Positions 25,674 through 34,478 of a stretch of DNA of 64,000 bases are shown here, in pieces. The notes beneath the pieces were generated by a model. That model was not told the DNA's origin. It worked only from the letters and a program-made list of their open reading frames with translations, and ran no database searches. Made by a program: the position numbers and the translations under genes. The stretch is taken from IMG/VR virus record IMGVR_UViG_3300045960_000114, positions 121,266-185,265 of that record; one strand, written 5' to 3'. Source of the DNA: a virus. How positions within the stretch are numbered: position 1 is the first letter of the stretch; every line of letters begins with the position of its first letter.

Positions 25674-26040
25674 GTTGAATGGGTCGTATGTACGGATTGG
25701 TAAGTGGGTGACGGTCGAACACGTAAGACGGCTTGGGCTCATGACGACTACTAGACAAAACGTTTACGAATTGTGGCGTGACTGCTCATTTTTTCAGGTG
25801 GTGCGTAGTTACGCACATGATGACGTTGGAAGAGTGGCTGAGCTGGACCTGATCAGGCATTCAGGTACCGGTTTGATTTGGTGGAACGGGGCGATCGTGA
25901 AGTGGTGCTGGCTCGAACTCGTGGCGGAGAGCGAGTTGCCTGTCACATCTCCAGTAGTATTTACTTCTGGATATGTCACAGGCTACGCCACTGGAGTGAC
26001 GTCGACTTTGTCGTCGTACACGTCATACGTGATTACATAG
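25654..26040 (+). CDS. Small SH3-like beta protein, paralog 3
   Basis: GSYVRIGKWVTVEHV...IVKWCWLELV. Confidence 0.6.
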   Translation: MGDLYPELNGSYVRIGKWVTVEHVRRLGLMTTTRQNVYELWRDCSFFQVVRSYAHDDVGRVAELDLIRHSGTGLIWWNGAIVKWCWLELVAESELPVTSPVVFTSGYVTGYATGVTSTLSSYTSYVIT

Positions 26041-26748
26041 GTGCCGCGTGAGCTGGACCATGCCTGTCATTGTGACGGGAAGGCCGGTGCGGCAGAAGCA
26101 AGGAGGCACTCAATGCTGAGTGTGGTCGAGAAGATGTCGTTCAGCTGTCATACCCCGGAGGCGAGGAAGGCAGTCGCTGAGCTGTTCCGGTTCCTGGGTA
26201 CGCTTTCCCGTACGGAGCGCGTGGCCCTGGACAATGTCGTTGGCTCTTGGTACGGCGCCACCATGGACTGCGGTCCGTTGATGGCCGCGTCGGAGAAGAA
26301 CGAGGACTTCGCGTTGGCTGCGAGGCTCCTGGACCGGCTGGCTCAGTCGAATGGGCACGAAGTGAAGCTGGAACCGTCGGCGGCTGTCCTGCCCGCGACC
26401 ATCGCTTCACCCGAGGATGGGAACGGTAAGGCGCTGATTCGCAGGATGGCCCGGTTGTCGACGATCCGACCCAGCAGAATCAACTCGATCCGGAGGTGGC
26501 TGCTTACGCTGCCGAAGGGGTCGGTTGTTACCTACGAGCAGGTGGCTTCCCGATTCTACGGTGACCATCCTGCCCGTGCTGGCAGCTGCTTCACACAGTT
26601 GTGCGGTCTCGATAAGGTGTTGAAGAAGGTTGGGCATGCCAAGTACCAACTGACTCGAAACGCTGCTACCAAACTCCGCAAGGGTCTGACGTACTTCGAC
26701 GGGGATAAGTATGCTAAGAAGGCACCTGACAAAACACTCTTTGACTGA
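26041..26748 (+). CDS. Hypothetical protein with C-terminal winged-HTH resembling the Ada/ATL DNA-binding helix
   Basis: LLTLPKGSVVTYEQVASRFYG..PARAG; no PCHRV/PWHRV motif. Confidence 0.55.
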   Translation: MPRELDHACHCDGKAGAAEARRHSMLSVVEKMSFSCHTPEARKAVAELFRFLGTLSRTERVALDNVVGSWYGATMDCGPLMAASEKNEDFALAARLLDRLAQSNGHEVKLEPSAAVLPATIASPEDGNGKALIRRMARLSTIRPSRINSIRRWLLTLPKGSVVTYEQVASRFYGDHPARAGSCFTQLCGLDKVLKKVGHAKYQLTRNAATKLRKGLTYFDGDKYAKKAPDKTLFD

Positions 26749-26828
26749 TGCCGTGGGGCGGGGAACGAGTGGCCACTTCCCCGCCCACGCTCTTGGAGGT
26801 GATGCCAGTGAATAGCGGCGCAGTAACA

Positions 26829-27080
26829 ATGGTCAAGTCTGGTGCTGTGGTGCTCATCTGCCCGTGGGTTACTGTAGACCAAGCGAGACGCTATTGGGAC
26901 AATGTAGACCGCGACATGTTGCAGCATTACAAAGGGAAATTCTTGCGGGTAGAACGGATGGAGCATGACGTGACGTTTGGAACGTGGGCACAGGTTTCAG
27001 CGATACCGAACGGTAATGGTGGTGTTTTCTGGTTAAAGACCTGTCTTCTCATGCTTGCCAGTGATTCACCACTGATATAG
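26829..27080 (+). CDS. Small SH3-like beta protein, paralog 4
   Basis: KSGAVVLICPWVTVDQ...WLKTCLLML. Confidence 0.55.
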   Translation: MVKSGAVVLICPWVTVDQARRYWDNVDRDMLQHYKGKFLRVERMEHDVTFGTWAQVSAIPNGNGGVFWLKTCLLMLASDSPLI

Positions 27081-27083
27081 TAT
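27055..27083 (+). promoter_or_regulatory. Sigma70-like promoter
   Basis: TTGCCA (27055-27060), 17-nt spacer, TAGTAT (27078-27083). Confidence 0.5.
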
Positions 27084-27089
27084 AGGTTG

Positions 27090-27746
27090 ATGAGGTTCTG
27101 CAACCTATGCAAATGGGAAGGCGCTGCCTTCGAGTTGGATGGGGTTATCCAACGGTGCCCGGCTTGTGGCAGCTCAGAGGGCAATCGTTCGATGTTCCAC
27201 GAGATGGGCAATCGGGGCTTGCGCCCACCCCCATATAGCGGTTTACCGATGCTGGCGATGAATGTCGGGGACCGTATGGGCAGTCATCTGCGCGGCCACT
27301 TCAACGTGGCCACATTCGACCTGAAGGGATACGACCTTGGCAACCGAGAGTTGCCATACTCAGACGAGCTCTTTCATCTGGTTGTTCAAGGTCGTCCCTT
27401 CGATTACTTCTACTACGACGCCGATCTGGTTCACGAAATCTACCGTGTCACAGCAAAAAGTGGCCGATACATCTCATACGTGAACCCGAAGCCGGCAGGT
27501 GCTTCCTACAAGAAGCGTACTCCTGACGGTCGGTGGCGTGAGTACAGCATACAGACATACCTGGACCTGGTGCGTGGTGCCGGGTTCAGACCAATCTTCA
27601 GGGACATGTCAGCTTCAGATGATTTTGGGGCGACAGTGGTCATAGGAGTAAAGGAGGAGCATGCCTCAGATCCTGCAATTCCCGCCAAAGACTCAGCCAG
27701 AGGCGGGAACGAAGTTCATTTACACCATCCTGACCAGGTACGGTGA
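27090..27746 (+). CDS. Zn ribbon plus degenerate class I methyltransferase-like domain
   Basis: FCNLC...CPAC; ELPYSDELFHLV and EIYRVTAKSG resemble methyltransferase motifs II/III, but no GxGxG. Confidence 0.5.
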   Translation: MRFCNLCKWEGAAFELDGVIQRCPACGSSEGNRSMFHEMGNRGLRPPPYSGLPMLAMNVGDRMGSHLRGHFNVATFDLKGYDLGNRELPYSDELFHLVVQGRPFDYFYYDADLVHEIYRVTAKSGRYISYVNPKPAGASYKKRTPDGRWREYSIQTYLDLVRGAGFRPIFRDMSASDDFGATVVIGVKEEHASDPAIPAKDSARGGNEVHLHHPDQVR

Positions 27747-27957
27747 CGGTAACGCGACGTACTGGAGCCACAACTGCACGATCGAATACGCACGCGGCAT
27801 TCTAAAGAACCTGACCAGTGCCAAGTACCGCGTGCGCTACTTCAAGCAGAAGAAGCATCACGAAACGGCGTTAGCGAGCAAATGCCCGGATTGCATCAAG
27901 GAGGGTGCCCGGATTGCGCGCCTGATGGCGCTCATTGACAACAGCAGAGAGGACTAA
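27661..27957 (+). CDS. Hypothetical protein
   Basis: AAAGGAGGAG RBS; CPDC. Confidence 0.6.
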   Translation: MPQILQFPPKTQPEAGTKFIYTILTRYGDGNATYWSHNCTIEYARGILKNLTSAKYRVRYFKQKKHHETALASKCPDCIKEGARIARLMALIDNSRED

Positions 27958-27977
27958 GGGGTAAGACTGACCCCGGG

Positions 27978-28358
27978 ATGTACGGATGGGTTTCCCTGTC
28001 CAAGTTGCCCAACGGCATCCCGGGGTTGGATTTAAGCGGAGAAGATATGCAGAGAATCCGACGTGCCTGTAAACGGTTGCTGCTCGTGCGTGAAGATTTC
28101 AAGTCTGACAAGGCGGAAGTGTTGGCCAGCGGGCGCTGCATGCTGCTGGAGGTGTCGGCGCTGCTGACGGAGCTGGCCGATGAGTTGGCAGGTAACGGTA
28201 GTATAGAGGCGCAGAGTGAGCGTCGGCTGTATGAGTTTATGTCACTCAAGCTGTCCGTTGCGAATGAAGTCGCGGATTCAGAAGAGGTGGGGGAAGTTTA
28301 CGCGTTGCTCTGCGAGCTACGTGATGTAGAGGGGAAAGGGAATTTAAGTGCAGGATAG
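27978..28358 (+). CDS. Hypothetical helical protein
   Basis: 126-aa ORF. Confidence 0.6.
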   Translation: MYGWVSLSKLPNGIPGLDLSGEDMQRIRRACKRLLLVREDFKSDKAEVLASGRCMLLEVSALLTELADELAGNGSIEAQSERRLYEFMSLKLSVANEVADSEEVGEVYALLCELRDVEGKGNLSAG

Positions 28359-28526
28359 GTGGCCGGACGTCGTACATACAGAAGAGGAAACGGAAAAGAA
28401 GATGCACGAGTGCCTTAAGGTGAGAACAAGCTGGGCGCAGCGTGAGCTGCGCGAGCTGCTCGATGCGCTGCTCGGGGAGGAAGTCATGGAGGAGGCGGTA
28501 TAGGAACCCGCCTGAAAGGGGAACCG

Positions 28527-29066
28527 ATGGAACTGGCTGACTTTCGCGAAGCTCGTAAGCTGATGATTACCAGGCTTGGCAAGTTCACGAAGCTGTTAAG
28601 GAAGGGTGCAGCGCCTGAGGTCATGGCGTTTGCGTTCGTCCTGGTGGAGCAGGCAGCATACTGGTGCTACGGCAAGGCGGTCAACGAGGCCGTATTAGCT
28701 GCTCACTCGCGTAGGTCTTCGGGCGCCAGTTGCCGCATAGACCACGCCAATCTACGCTCGCTCAGGCGGGCAGCCATCATTCTGCGTAAGCGAATCGTGA
28801 TCCGCTGTGAACCCCGCGACATTGCGGAGCAGTTCCTGCTCATCGAATCGCTTGCATTGCTCTTCTTTGGGAAGGAGGTTCTGGACTTCAGACTTCTTGA
28901 GCATGTGCAGTTCGCCAGGTTGCAGCATGGGCGTTGTCCAGGCTGCGGCCTGTCCGTGAATCACGTGCATGAGGAGCTCTGGTTGTGCGATCGGTGCACA
29001 ACGATCGCGCAGGATCAGGCTGCCGTAGACGGCGAGGCGATCCTACATGCTGTAGCGCAGGGTTGA
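28527..29066 (+). CDS. Hypothetical protein with internal helical repeat and C-terminal Zn ribbon
   Basis: CPGC...LCDRC. Confidence 0.65.
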   Translation: MELADFREARKLMITRLGKFTKLLRKGAAPEVMAFAFVLVEQAAYWCYGKAVNEAVLAAHSRRSSGASCRIDHANLRSLRRAAIILRKRIVIRCEPRDIAEQFLLIESLALLFFGKEVLDFRLLEHVQFARLQHGRCPGCGLSVNHVHEELWLCDRCTTIAQDQAAVDGEAILHAVAQG

Positions 29067-29089
29067 TTCTGTGCGGTTCTAACAGAATA
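29065..29089. promoter_or_regulatory. 25-bp palindromic site (copy 3 of 4)
   Basis: GATTCTGTGCGGTTCTAACAGAATA, overlapping the upstream stop. Confidence 0.5.
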
Positions 29090-29253
29090 CCTAATTAGTA
29101 TCCGGAAACGTGCTTTAATTAGTCCCGGTTTCATAGGGAAATGGTATCTTTTTCTGTAATATTTGCACAGGAAAATTAAGGCGCAGGCGTGTAAGGGTTT
29201 GTGAGAAAAACTTTTTGGTTTCACGCATACTCTTTCATCTGGACGAGGTTCTA

Positions 29254-29337
29254 CCTTCGAATAAGATGGATGGTCTCGCGGCGAGTGCCGACGAACGCCA
29301 ACCAAAGCGGACTACCTGGGTCCGCTCCATTCGAAGG
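29254..29337 (+). promoter_or_regulatory. Structured 5' leader of the RNR gene that pairs with the RBS
   Basis: CCTTCGAAT (29254-29262) / ATTCGAAGG (29329-29337) enclosing GCGGAC/GTCCGC; the 3' arm runs into the AAGGGGG RBS. Confidence 0.4.
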
Positions 29338-29346
29338 GGGTCTCAA

Positions 29347-31002
29347 ATGCAAACGCTGGAAGCCGCTCCGTCAGTATCGACATGTGAATTCGGAGCGCTG
29401 GCCAAGGGTATCTATGAGCACAAATACTCTTGGTTGAAAGATGACCAAACGAAGGAAAGCTGGCCTGAAACGTGTCGGAGAGTGGTAACCCACGTAGTAC
29501 ATCCGTACCTGCCCGCCTTGGCCGATCCCATCTACGAGTTGCTGGTCCAACGGAAGTTCATGCCGGGCGGTCGCTATCTTTACGCCGCCGGAAGGAAGTT
29601 CCATCAGGTCAACAACTGCTTCTTATTCGACGTGGAGGACAGCAGGGAAGGCTGGGCCGGCTTGATGTTCCGCGCCACGCAGGCGCTGATGACGGGCGGT
29701 GGCATTGGGACGGTGTACAGCAAGTTGAGGGCTGAAGGCGAACCAGTGAAGGGCATGGGCGGGCAGTCGACGGGTCCAATTTCGCTGATGAACATGGTCA
29801 ACGAAGCCGGACGACACATCATGCAGGGCGGCTCGCGGCGTGCAGCGGTATGGGCTGGACTCCACTGGAACCACAAGGACTGCCACAAGTTCGTCCACCT
29901 GAAGGACTGGCCGGAATTCGTCAAGGCGCGCAAGTCAGAGGACTTCAACTTCCCAGCTGCCATGGACGGCACGAACATCAGTGTCATTCTGGATGATGCC
30001 TTCTTCACCGCCTACAACGACAAATCGAACCCACAACACCAACAGGCGTACGACATTTATTGGGACGTGGTGTGGCAGATGTGTCGTTCAGGTGAGCCTG
30101 GATTCTCAGTCGACGTCGGCCCGAATGCTGGTGAACATCTTCGCAACGCATGCACGGAAATAACCAGTTCGGATGACAATGACGTCTGCAACCTAGGCAG
30201 TATTAACCTGGCCCGGATTGAGAGCAAAGAAGAGATGGCAAGGGCGGTCGAGCTCTCGACCGCCTTTCTCATTTGCGGCACCCTCTATTCGAAGGTGCCA
30301 TTCCCCGAAGTGGCCGACGCGCGTGAGCGCAACCGCCGGCTCGGCCTTGGCCTCATGGGCATCCATGAGTGGTTGCTTGTCCGCGGAAAGCGCTACGGCG
30401 CCGATGAGGAGTTGGGCACGTGGATGTCTGAGTACGTCAAGTCGGATGAATATGCCGCTAACTACTGCAAGCAGCTGAACATCTCCGTCCCGAAGAAGAC
30501 GCGTGCGATCGCCCCGACAGGCACCATCAGCATCCTGGCTGAGACCACGTCCGGAATCGAGCCGATCTTCTGCGTGGCGTACCTGCGTCGTTACCTCAAG
30601 GGACGCCAGTGGCACGCGCAGTACGCCATTGATAACACGGCCCGCCGCCTGATCGAACGCGGTATCCCGGTCGAGCAGATCGAGGATGCGTACGAGCTGG
30701 CAAAGGACGTGGAGCGCCGGGTGTCGTTCCAGGCGTGGATGCAGCGGTATGTCGACCACGCGATCAGCAGCACCATCAACCTGCCGGAGTGGGGCTCCGA
30801 GTACAATAACGGCGACACGGTTCGGCCCTTCGGCGAGATGCTGGTCAAGTACCTGCCGGGGCTTCGCGGCGTGACGGCATACCCGGATGGGTCGCGTGGT
30901 GGCCAGCCTTTGACGCCCGTGAGCTACAAGGCAGCCATTAAGAAGGAAGGCGTGGAGTTTGTGGAAAATACGAACTGCACGTCAGGGTCGTGCGGCGTTT
31001 GA
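29347..31002 (+). CDS. nrdJ: Adenosylcobalamin-dependent (class II) ribonucleotide reductase
   Basis: FMPGGRYLY, VNNCFL, NACTEI (radical Cys), CNLGSINL, IAPTGTIS, C-terminal CTSGSC; no ATP cone or tyrosyl-radical partner seen. ATG at 29347 preferred. Confidence 0.9.
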   Translation: MQTLEAAPSVSTCEFGALAKGIYEHKYSWLKDDQTKESWPETCRRVVTHVVHPYLPALADPIYELLVQRKFMPGGRYLYAAGRKFHQVNNCFLFDVEDSREGWAGLMFRATQALMTGGGIGTVYSKLRAEGEPVKGMGGQSTGPISLMNMVNEAGRHIMQGGSRRAAVWAGLHWNHKDCHKFVHLKDWPEFVKARKSEDFNFPAAMDGTNISVILDDAFFTAYNDKSNPQHQQAYDIYWDVVWQMCRSGEPGFSVDVGPNAGEHLRNACTEITSSDDNDVCNLGSINLARIESKEEMARAVELSTAFLICGTLYSKVPFPEVADARERNRRLGLGLMGIHEWLLVRGKRYGADEELGTWMSEYVKSDEYAANYCKQLNISVPKKTRAIAPTGTISILAETTSGIEPIFCVAYLRRYLKGRQWHAQYAIDNTARRLIERGIPVEQIEDAYELAKDVERRVSFQAWMQRYVDHAISSTINLPEWGSEYNNGDTVRPFGEMLVKYLPGLRGVTAYPDGSRGGQPLTPVSYKAAIKKEGVEFVENTNCTSGSCGV

Positions 31003-31029
31003 ACGTCGTACGAAAAACCAAGGTAACAG

Positions 31030-31059
31030 AAAGCCGCAGCGATGAGCTGCGGCTTTTTT
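31030..31059 (+). terminator. Rho-independent terminator
   Basis: AAAGCCGCAGC / GCTGCGGCTTT plus T-tract. Confidence 0.85.
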
Positions 31060-31076
31060 GTTTTGAGGAGATTGTA

Positions 31077-31397
31077 ATGGCGAAGGACAGGGAAGACTCA
31101 ACGTCAGCATCAGCAACCAACCTTACGTGGACTCCGTTTGATGTGAAGAATGCTCCACGGCACCGGCTGTACAAGGTGAATTACGCACTCGAGCTGGCGC
31201 TAAACCCGGAGCTGGCGATTGATCACGTCGCTGATATAGCTTTCAGCTGGGGTAACATGGATCACGGTCAGTTGGAAGACGAAGTTAACCGTCGGTTGCA
31301 CATCTGCCGCTGCCGTAAGCTGGTTGTCAAGCTGCCTGATCCTCCGCCGTTCCCATCGTACATTTCCAGGGACGATTGGCGTGCTCTGGTGAGTTAA
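31077..31397 (+). CDS. Hypothetical protein
   Basis: GAGGAG RBS. Confidence 0.6.
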   Translation: MAKDREDSTSASATNLTWTPFDVKNAPRHRLYKVNYALELALNPELAIDHVADIAFSWGNMDHGQLEDEVNRRLHICRCRKLVVKLPDPPPFPSYISRDDWRALVS

Positions 31398-31410
31398 CAA
31401 GGAGAGTGGG

Positions 31411-31758
31411 ATGTCATCCATCGAGAACCTACTGGGTGTGCGATTCACCTCATACAGGGGTGTATCGACGATTGAGGTTAGCAACGCGTTGTTAAAGCGC
31501 TGGATGCCCTTGGGGATGTACTTCTTTGGGGTGATCATCCTGCGCGGTCGGCAGTCGAGAAACACCAGGGCACACGAGTATTGTCACTACCTTCAGGCGA
31601 AGGAGGACTCGTTGTTCTGGTTTAAGTATTTGTTTGAGTATGCCCGGGTAGGTTACTGGGCCAACAAATACGAACGGGCAGCGCGGATTTTCGCGTTGCG
31701 ATCCCGTTGTTCCTCTCTCTTTCGGCGAAGCCAGTATATGCCTTTTGCCAAACCGTAG
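31411..31758 (+). CDS. Small HExxH metallopeptidase-like protein
   Basis: RAHEYCHYLQ...YERAA. Confidence 0.5.
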   Translation: MSSIENLLGVRFTSYRGVSTIEVSNALLKRWMPLGMYFFGVIILRGRQSRNTRAHEYCHYLQAKEDSLFWFKYLFEYARVGYWANKYERAARIFALRSRCSSLFRRSQYMPFAKP

Positions 31759-32792
31759 GCGCCTAACCCGCCACCTACGAGTCCTGCGACTGATGGGGTT
31801 AGTGAGGCTTTGGCGGGTATCTTCTTTAGCCACTTGTTGACTAACTTTTGGCGGCTTCCCATTGTGGCCTGCCAGCCTGGCCAGTGTTTGGCTATGTATT
31901 TTGCTGGGTTCCGTTCCCCGGCAGCCTGTTCGAGTTTCCAGCCGCCGTACATACCACCGGCGGCGCCGAGAAGCGCAGCCAGTGGTGCCATTCCTTCTCC
32001 TTCGCGGATGTCTTTAACACCCTTGTAGACACTTCCACCCAGCGCGGATCCCATCGCCAGCCTGATCAGGGGGTTGTACAACCTGTCCCATTTTGGGAGA
32101 TTGAACTTGGTTCCGTAATAACCGACTGGCTCATACTTATCTGAGCGCAGGTAGTCGGAAGCCAGTTCATAGCCTTTTGGGGCTTTAAGGCCGGGATCGA
32201 CGCCAGAACGACGCATAACGTCAGCAGGTCCTGTTGAGCAGACGTTACCTTTGCAATTTGGTAATGGTACGCTGGGTGGAAGGAAGATTCGCCCTGCCGC
32301 TGTTGCGAGCAGTTTGTTTGGTGAGTATTCCTCTTTCGCCAATTCGATGGCATTTCGTGCGATACCTTTCTGTTGTGTGGCTGTCAGCTTTTTTGGTCTG
32401 AGTAGCACACCCCCGCGCTGGTTCTTCAGTAGGGTATATAGCGGGTCAGCACCACCAGCCATATGGGACATACCCTCATTTCCGAGGATTTCTGCATGAT
32501 AGTATGGGGCGCCGCTCAGTATCGGTGTGACTGCTCGCCAGGCCGAGTAGGGAGCTTTGTTGTGGGTGAGAACGACATCCCCTGGCCGACTCTCCATGAA
32601 CAGGTCGTGTGCACCCATTCGTTTGACTTTACCAAGATCCATCATTGGTTTCTGTCCGATTAGGGGCGACATCACGGATAAGCCAGTTCCCAGCCCTAAT
32701 ACGTGCTCTAGCCGCAGTTTTTGTTTATTCTCTTCCTCTGCCTGGTTGGAGTACCGGGCAGCTGCGATGATCGCTTGTTTTAGCAGTGACAT
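31653..32792 (-). CDS. Membrane-associated protein with permuted papain-like (NlpC/P60 YiiX/YaeF-type) domain
   Basis: RPGDVVL...YYHAEI (His) precedes GNVCSTG (Cys); Gly-rich hydrophobic helices at the C-terminus. Confidence 0.5.
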   Translation of the reverse strand: MSLLKQAIIAAARYSNQAEEENKQKLRLEHVLGLGTGLSVMSPLIGQKPMMDLGKVKRMGAHDLFMESRPGDVVLTHNKAPYSAWRAVTPILSGAPYYHAEILGNEGMSHMAGGADPLYTLLKNQRGGVLLRPKKLTATQQKGIARNAIELAKEEYSPNKLLATAAGRIFLPPSVPLPNCKGNVCSTGPADVMRRSGVDPGLKAPKGYELASDYLRSDKYEPVGYYGTKFNLPKWDRLYNPLIRLAMGSALGGSVYKGVKDIREGEGMAPLAALLGAAGGMYGGWKLEQAAGERNPAKYIAKHWPGWQATMGSRQKLVNKWLKKIPAKASLTPSVAGLVGGGLGAYGLAKGIYWLRRKREEQRDRNAKIRAARSYLLAQ

Positions 32793-32877
32793 ATTTGTTT
32801 GATCTCCTGGGATAAGTTTATGTGTCCCCAGGCGTCAGTCAATAGCTGCTCAGGGCATCAAAACGGGGTGCCTGCAG

Positions 32878-32888
32878 GCGTTAGAATA
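32878..32888 (+). promoter_or_regulatory. Candidate promoter motif GCGTTAGAATA
   Basis: Variant of the motif at 14762 and 15594; 38 nt upstream of the 32926 start. Confidence 0.4.
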
Positions 32889-32925
32889 CATTGTGGCCCT
32901 TTTCATTCACCTAAAGGAGGATCAG

Positions 32926-33237
32926 ATGAGAGACGACGTTGGATGCAACGAGGTCGTTACGCTCAAGGCGAAGGATGTGCCTTTGGTCAGCCGGCTCATC
33001 CAGCTGGGGCGGAAGTGGACGGTCTTTTCCCTGAAAAGCAATCCGGAGGAGTTTTATGTCATCAAGACTCCGATGGGGCAGGTGGTCCATGAACACCTGA
33101 AGGCCAAGTACGGCGACGATCTCGGGATCATATACCAGCCCGACGCCGAGAACTGCGATTTGTGTCCGCATCCGCACGGCTGTCCGCGCGACCAGGCGAA
33201 GCTCCGGCAGATCACGAAGATCGGGTTGCCAGCCTGA
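32926..33237 (+). CDS. Hypothetical protein
   Basis: AAAGGAGG RBS; C-terminal CDLC...C. Confidence 0.65.
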   Translation: MRDDVGCNEVVTLKAKDVPLVSRLIQLGRKWTVFSLKSNPEEFYVIKTPMGQVVHEHLKAKYGDDLGIIYQPDAENCDLCPHPHGCPRDQAKLRQITKIGLPA

Positions 33238-33269
33238 CGGGTCTTTGCTAATCTGGATCAGGGTGATCA

Positions 33270-33479
33270 ATGGCGCGAAAGAAGAGTAAACAGACGACCG
33301 CCATGACGTTCATCGGGGGACCGATGGACGGCTCTGAGGTCACCCTCAAACTTGAAGAGAGTGCCGACATCACGCTGCAGCCGTCGGAAGTTCCAGCTTC
33401 GGTGATGGTTCTCTTCCGGGCTTGCACCTACCGCGTGAACGTCGACAAGAAACGGCTGTACCACATTCCCCTGAAGTAA
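33270..33479 (+). CDS. Small hypothetical protein
   Basis: FIGGPMDG motif common in small phage proteins. Confidence 0.6.
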   Translation: MARKKSKQTTAMTFIGGPMDGSEVTLKLEESADITLQPSEVPASVMVLFRACTYRVNVDKKRLYHIPLK

Positions 33480-33517
33480 GTTTCCTGCCCGTCAGCGAGT
33501 GCTGGCGGCGTTCCCCG

Positions 33518-33555
33518 CGCCTGGGTTGGTTCCCGCCGCCCAGGCGTTTTTCTTT
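33518..33555 (+). terminator. Rho-independent terminator
   Basis: CGCCTGGG / CCCAGGCG plus TTTTTCTTT. Confidence 0.7.
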
Positions 33556-33570
33556 AGCTAGGAGGACAGG

Positions 33571-34059
33571 ATGGTCATCAAGTTGATAGCGGTTCATAAC
33601 AAAGCTGTTGCACCAAGGCGTGCCACCAAGCGGTCGTCAGGTGCTGACGTGTACGCCGTCGAGGACTTTGTCATCCCACCGAAGGACTGGGTCACGGCTG
33701 ACCTGGGGCTTCAGGTTGCCGACATGCCGGAGATTGCAGGGTATCTATCCGGCCCTTGGAGAGACACGGACCCTCGGGTAGAGGTCGGGCTCGAGTTGCA
33801 GGTGCGCGCGCGGTCTGGCGAGGCGCGCAAGCGCGGTGTCTTCGTCCTGAATGAGCCAGGCACCATCGACCAGGACTACCGTGGAATGATGGGTGTGATC
33901 CTGGCCAACTTCAGCAATCAGCCGGTTGAGTTCAAGGCTGGCGAACGCATTGCTCAGGTCGTGTGCAGCCTGGTGCTATATGTCGACTACGAACTGGTTG
34001 GGGAGGTTAGCGAGACGGAGCGGGGCGCTGGCGGCTTCGGCTCGACAGGGAGGGTGTGA
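33571..34059 (+). CDS. dut: Trimeric dUTPase
   Basis: All five motifs: SGADV, RARSG, GTIDQDYRG, ERIAQ, RGAGGFGSTG. Confidence 0.95.
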   Translation: MVIKLIAVHNKAVAPRRATKRSSGADVYAVEDFVIPPKDWVTADLGLQVADMPEIAGYLSGPWRDTDPRVEVGLELQVRARSGEARKRGVFVLNEPGTIDQDYRGMMGVILANFSNQPVEFKAGERIAQVVCSLVLYVDYELVGEVSETERGAGGFGSTGRV

Positions 34060-34478
34060 TGGGCTTCGTAATTGAGACTGTGGGGCTTGCGGCGAAGAAG
34101 TGGGGAATGGAAGAGGTCTTCGTAAACAACTCCATGTACTGCGGTAAGCGGATGACCGTGATGCCTGGTGTTGCCTGCTCCATTCACTACCACACCGACA
34201 AGGTTGAGACGTTCGTCGTGCTGGATGGTCGGCTGATCCTCGAGATCTATGAGGAAGTCAGTCTGATGGCACCGAAGCGCCGGCGGCTACTGGAATGCAG
34301 GCCGCTGTTGCCGGGCAGGCCATTGACGATCCTCAAGCACACACCGCATCGGTTTTGGGCGGAGCACGCGCCGGTACGGTTCCTGGAGTTCTCGAGTCAT
34401 GACAGTCTGGACGATTCGATCCGGATCACCAAGGCGGGTCCGGTCACTTGGAAATATTCTTTAGGAGGGCCGTGGTAA
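34056..34478 (+). CDS. Cupin-domain protein (sugar isomerase-like)
   Basis: KKWGMEE...CGKRM...SIHYHTDKVETF metal-binding cupin motif. Confidence 0.75.
   Translation: MMGFVIETVGLAAKKWGMEEVFVNNSMYCGKRMTVMPGVACSIHYHTDKVETFVVLDGRLILEIYEEVSLMAPKRRRLLECRPLLPGRPLTILKHTPHRFWAEHAPVRFLEFSSHDSLDDSIRITKAGPVTWKYSLGGPW

Noticed and set aside
29085-29346. Cobalamin riboswitch upstream of nrdJ
   Set aside because: The conserved B12-box and core sequences are not recognisable. Only a generic RBS-pairing structure is claimed.
29347-31002. Intein or intron in the ribonucleotide reductase
   Set aside because: Catalytic motifs are normally spaced in a compact ~550-aa protein, with no splice-junction or homing-endonuclease motifs.
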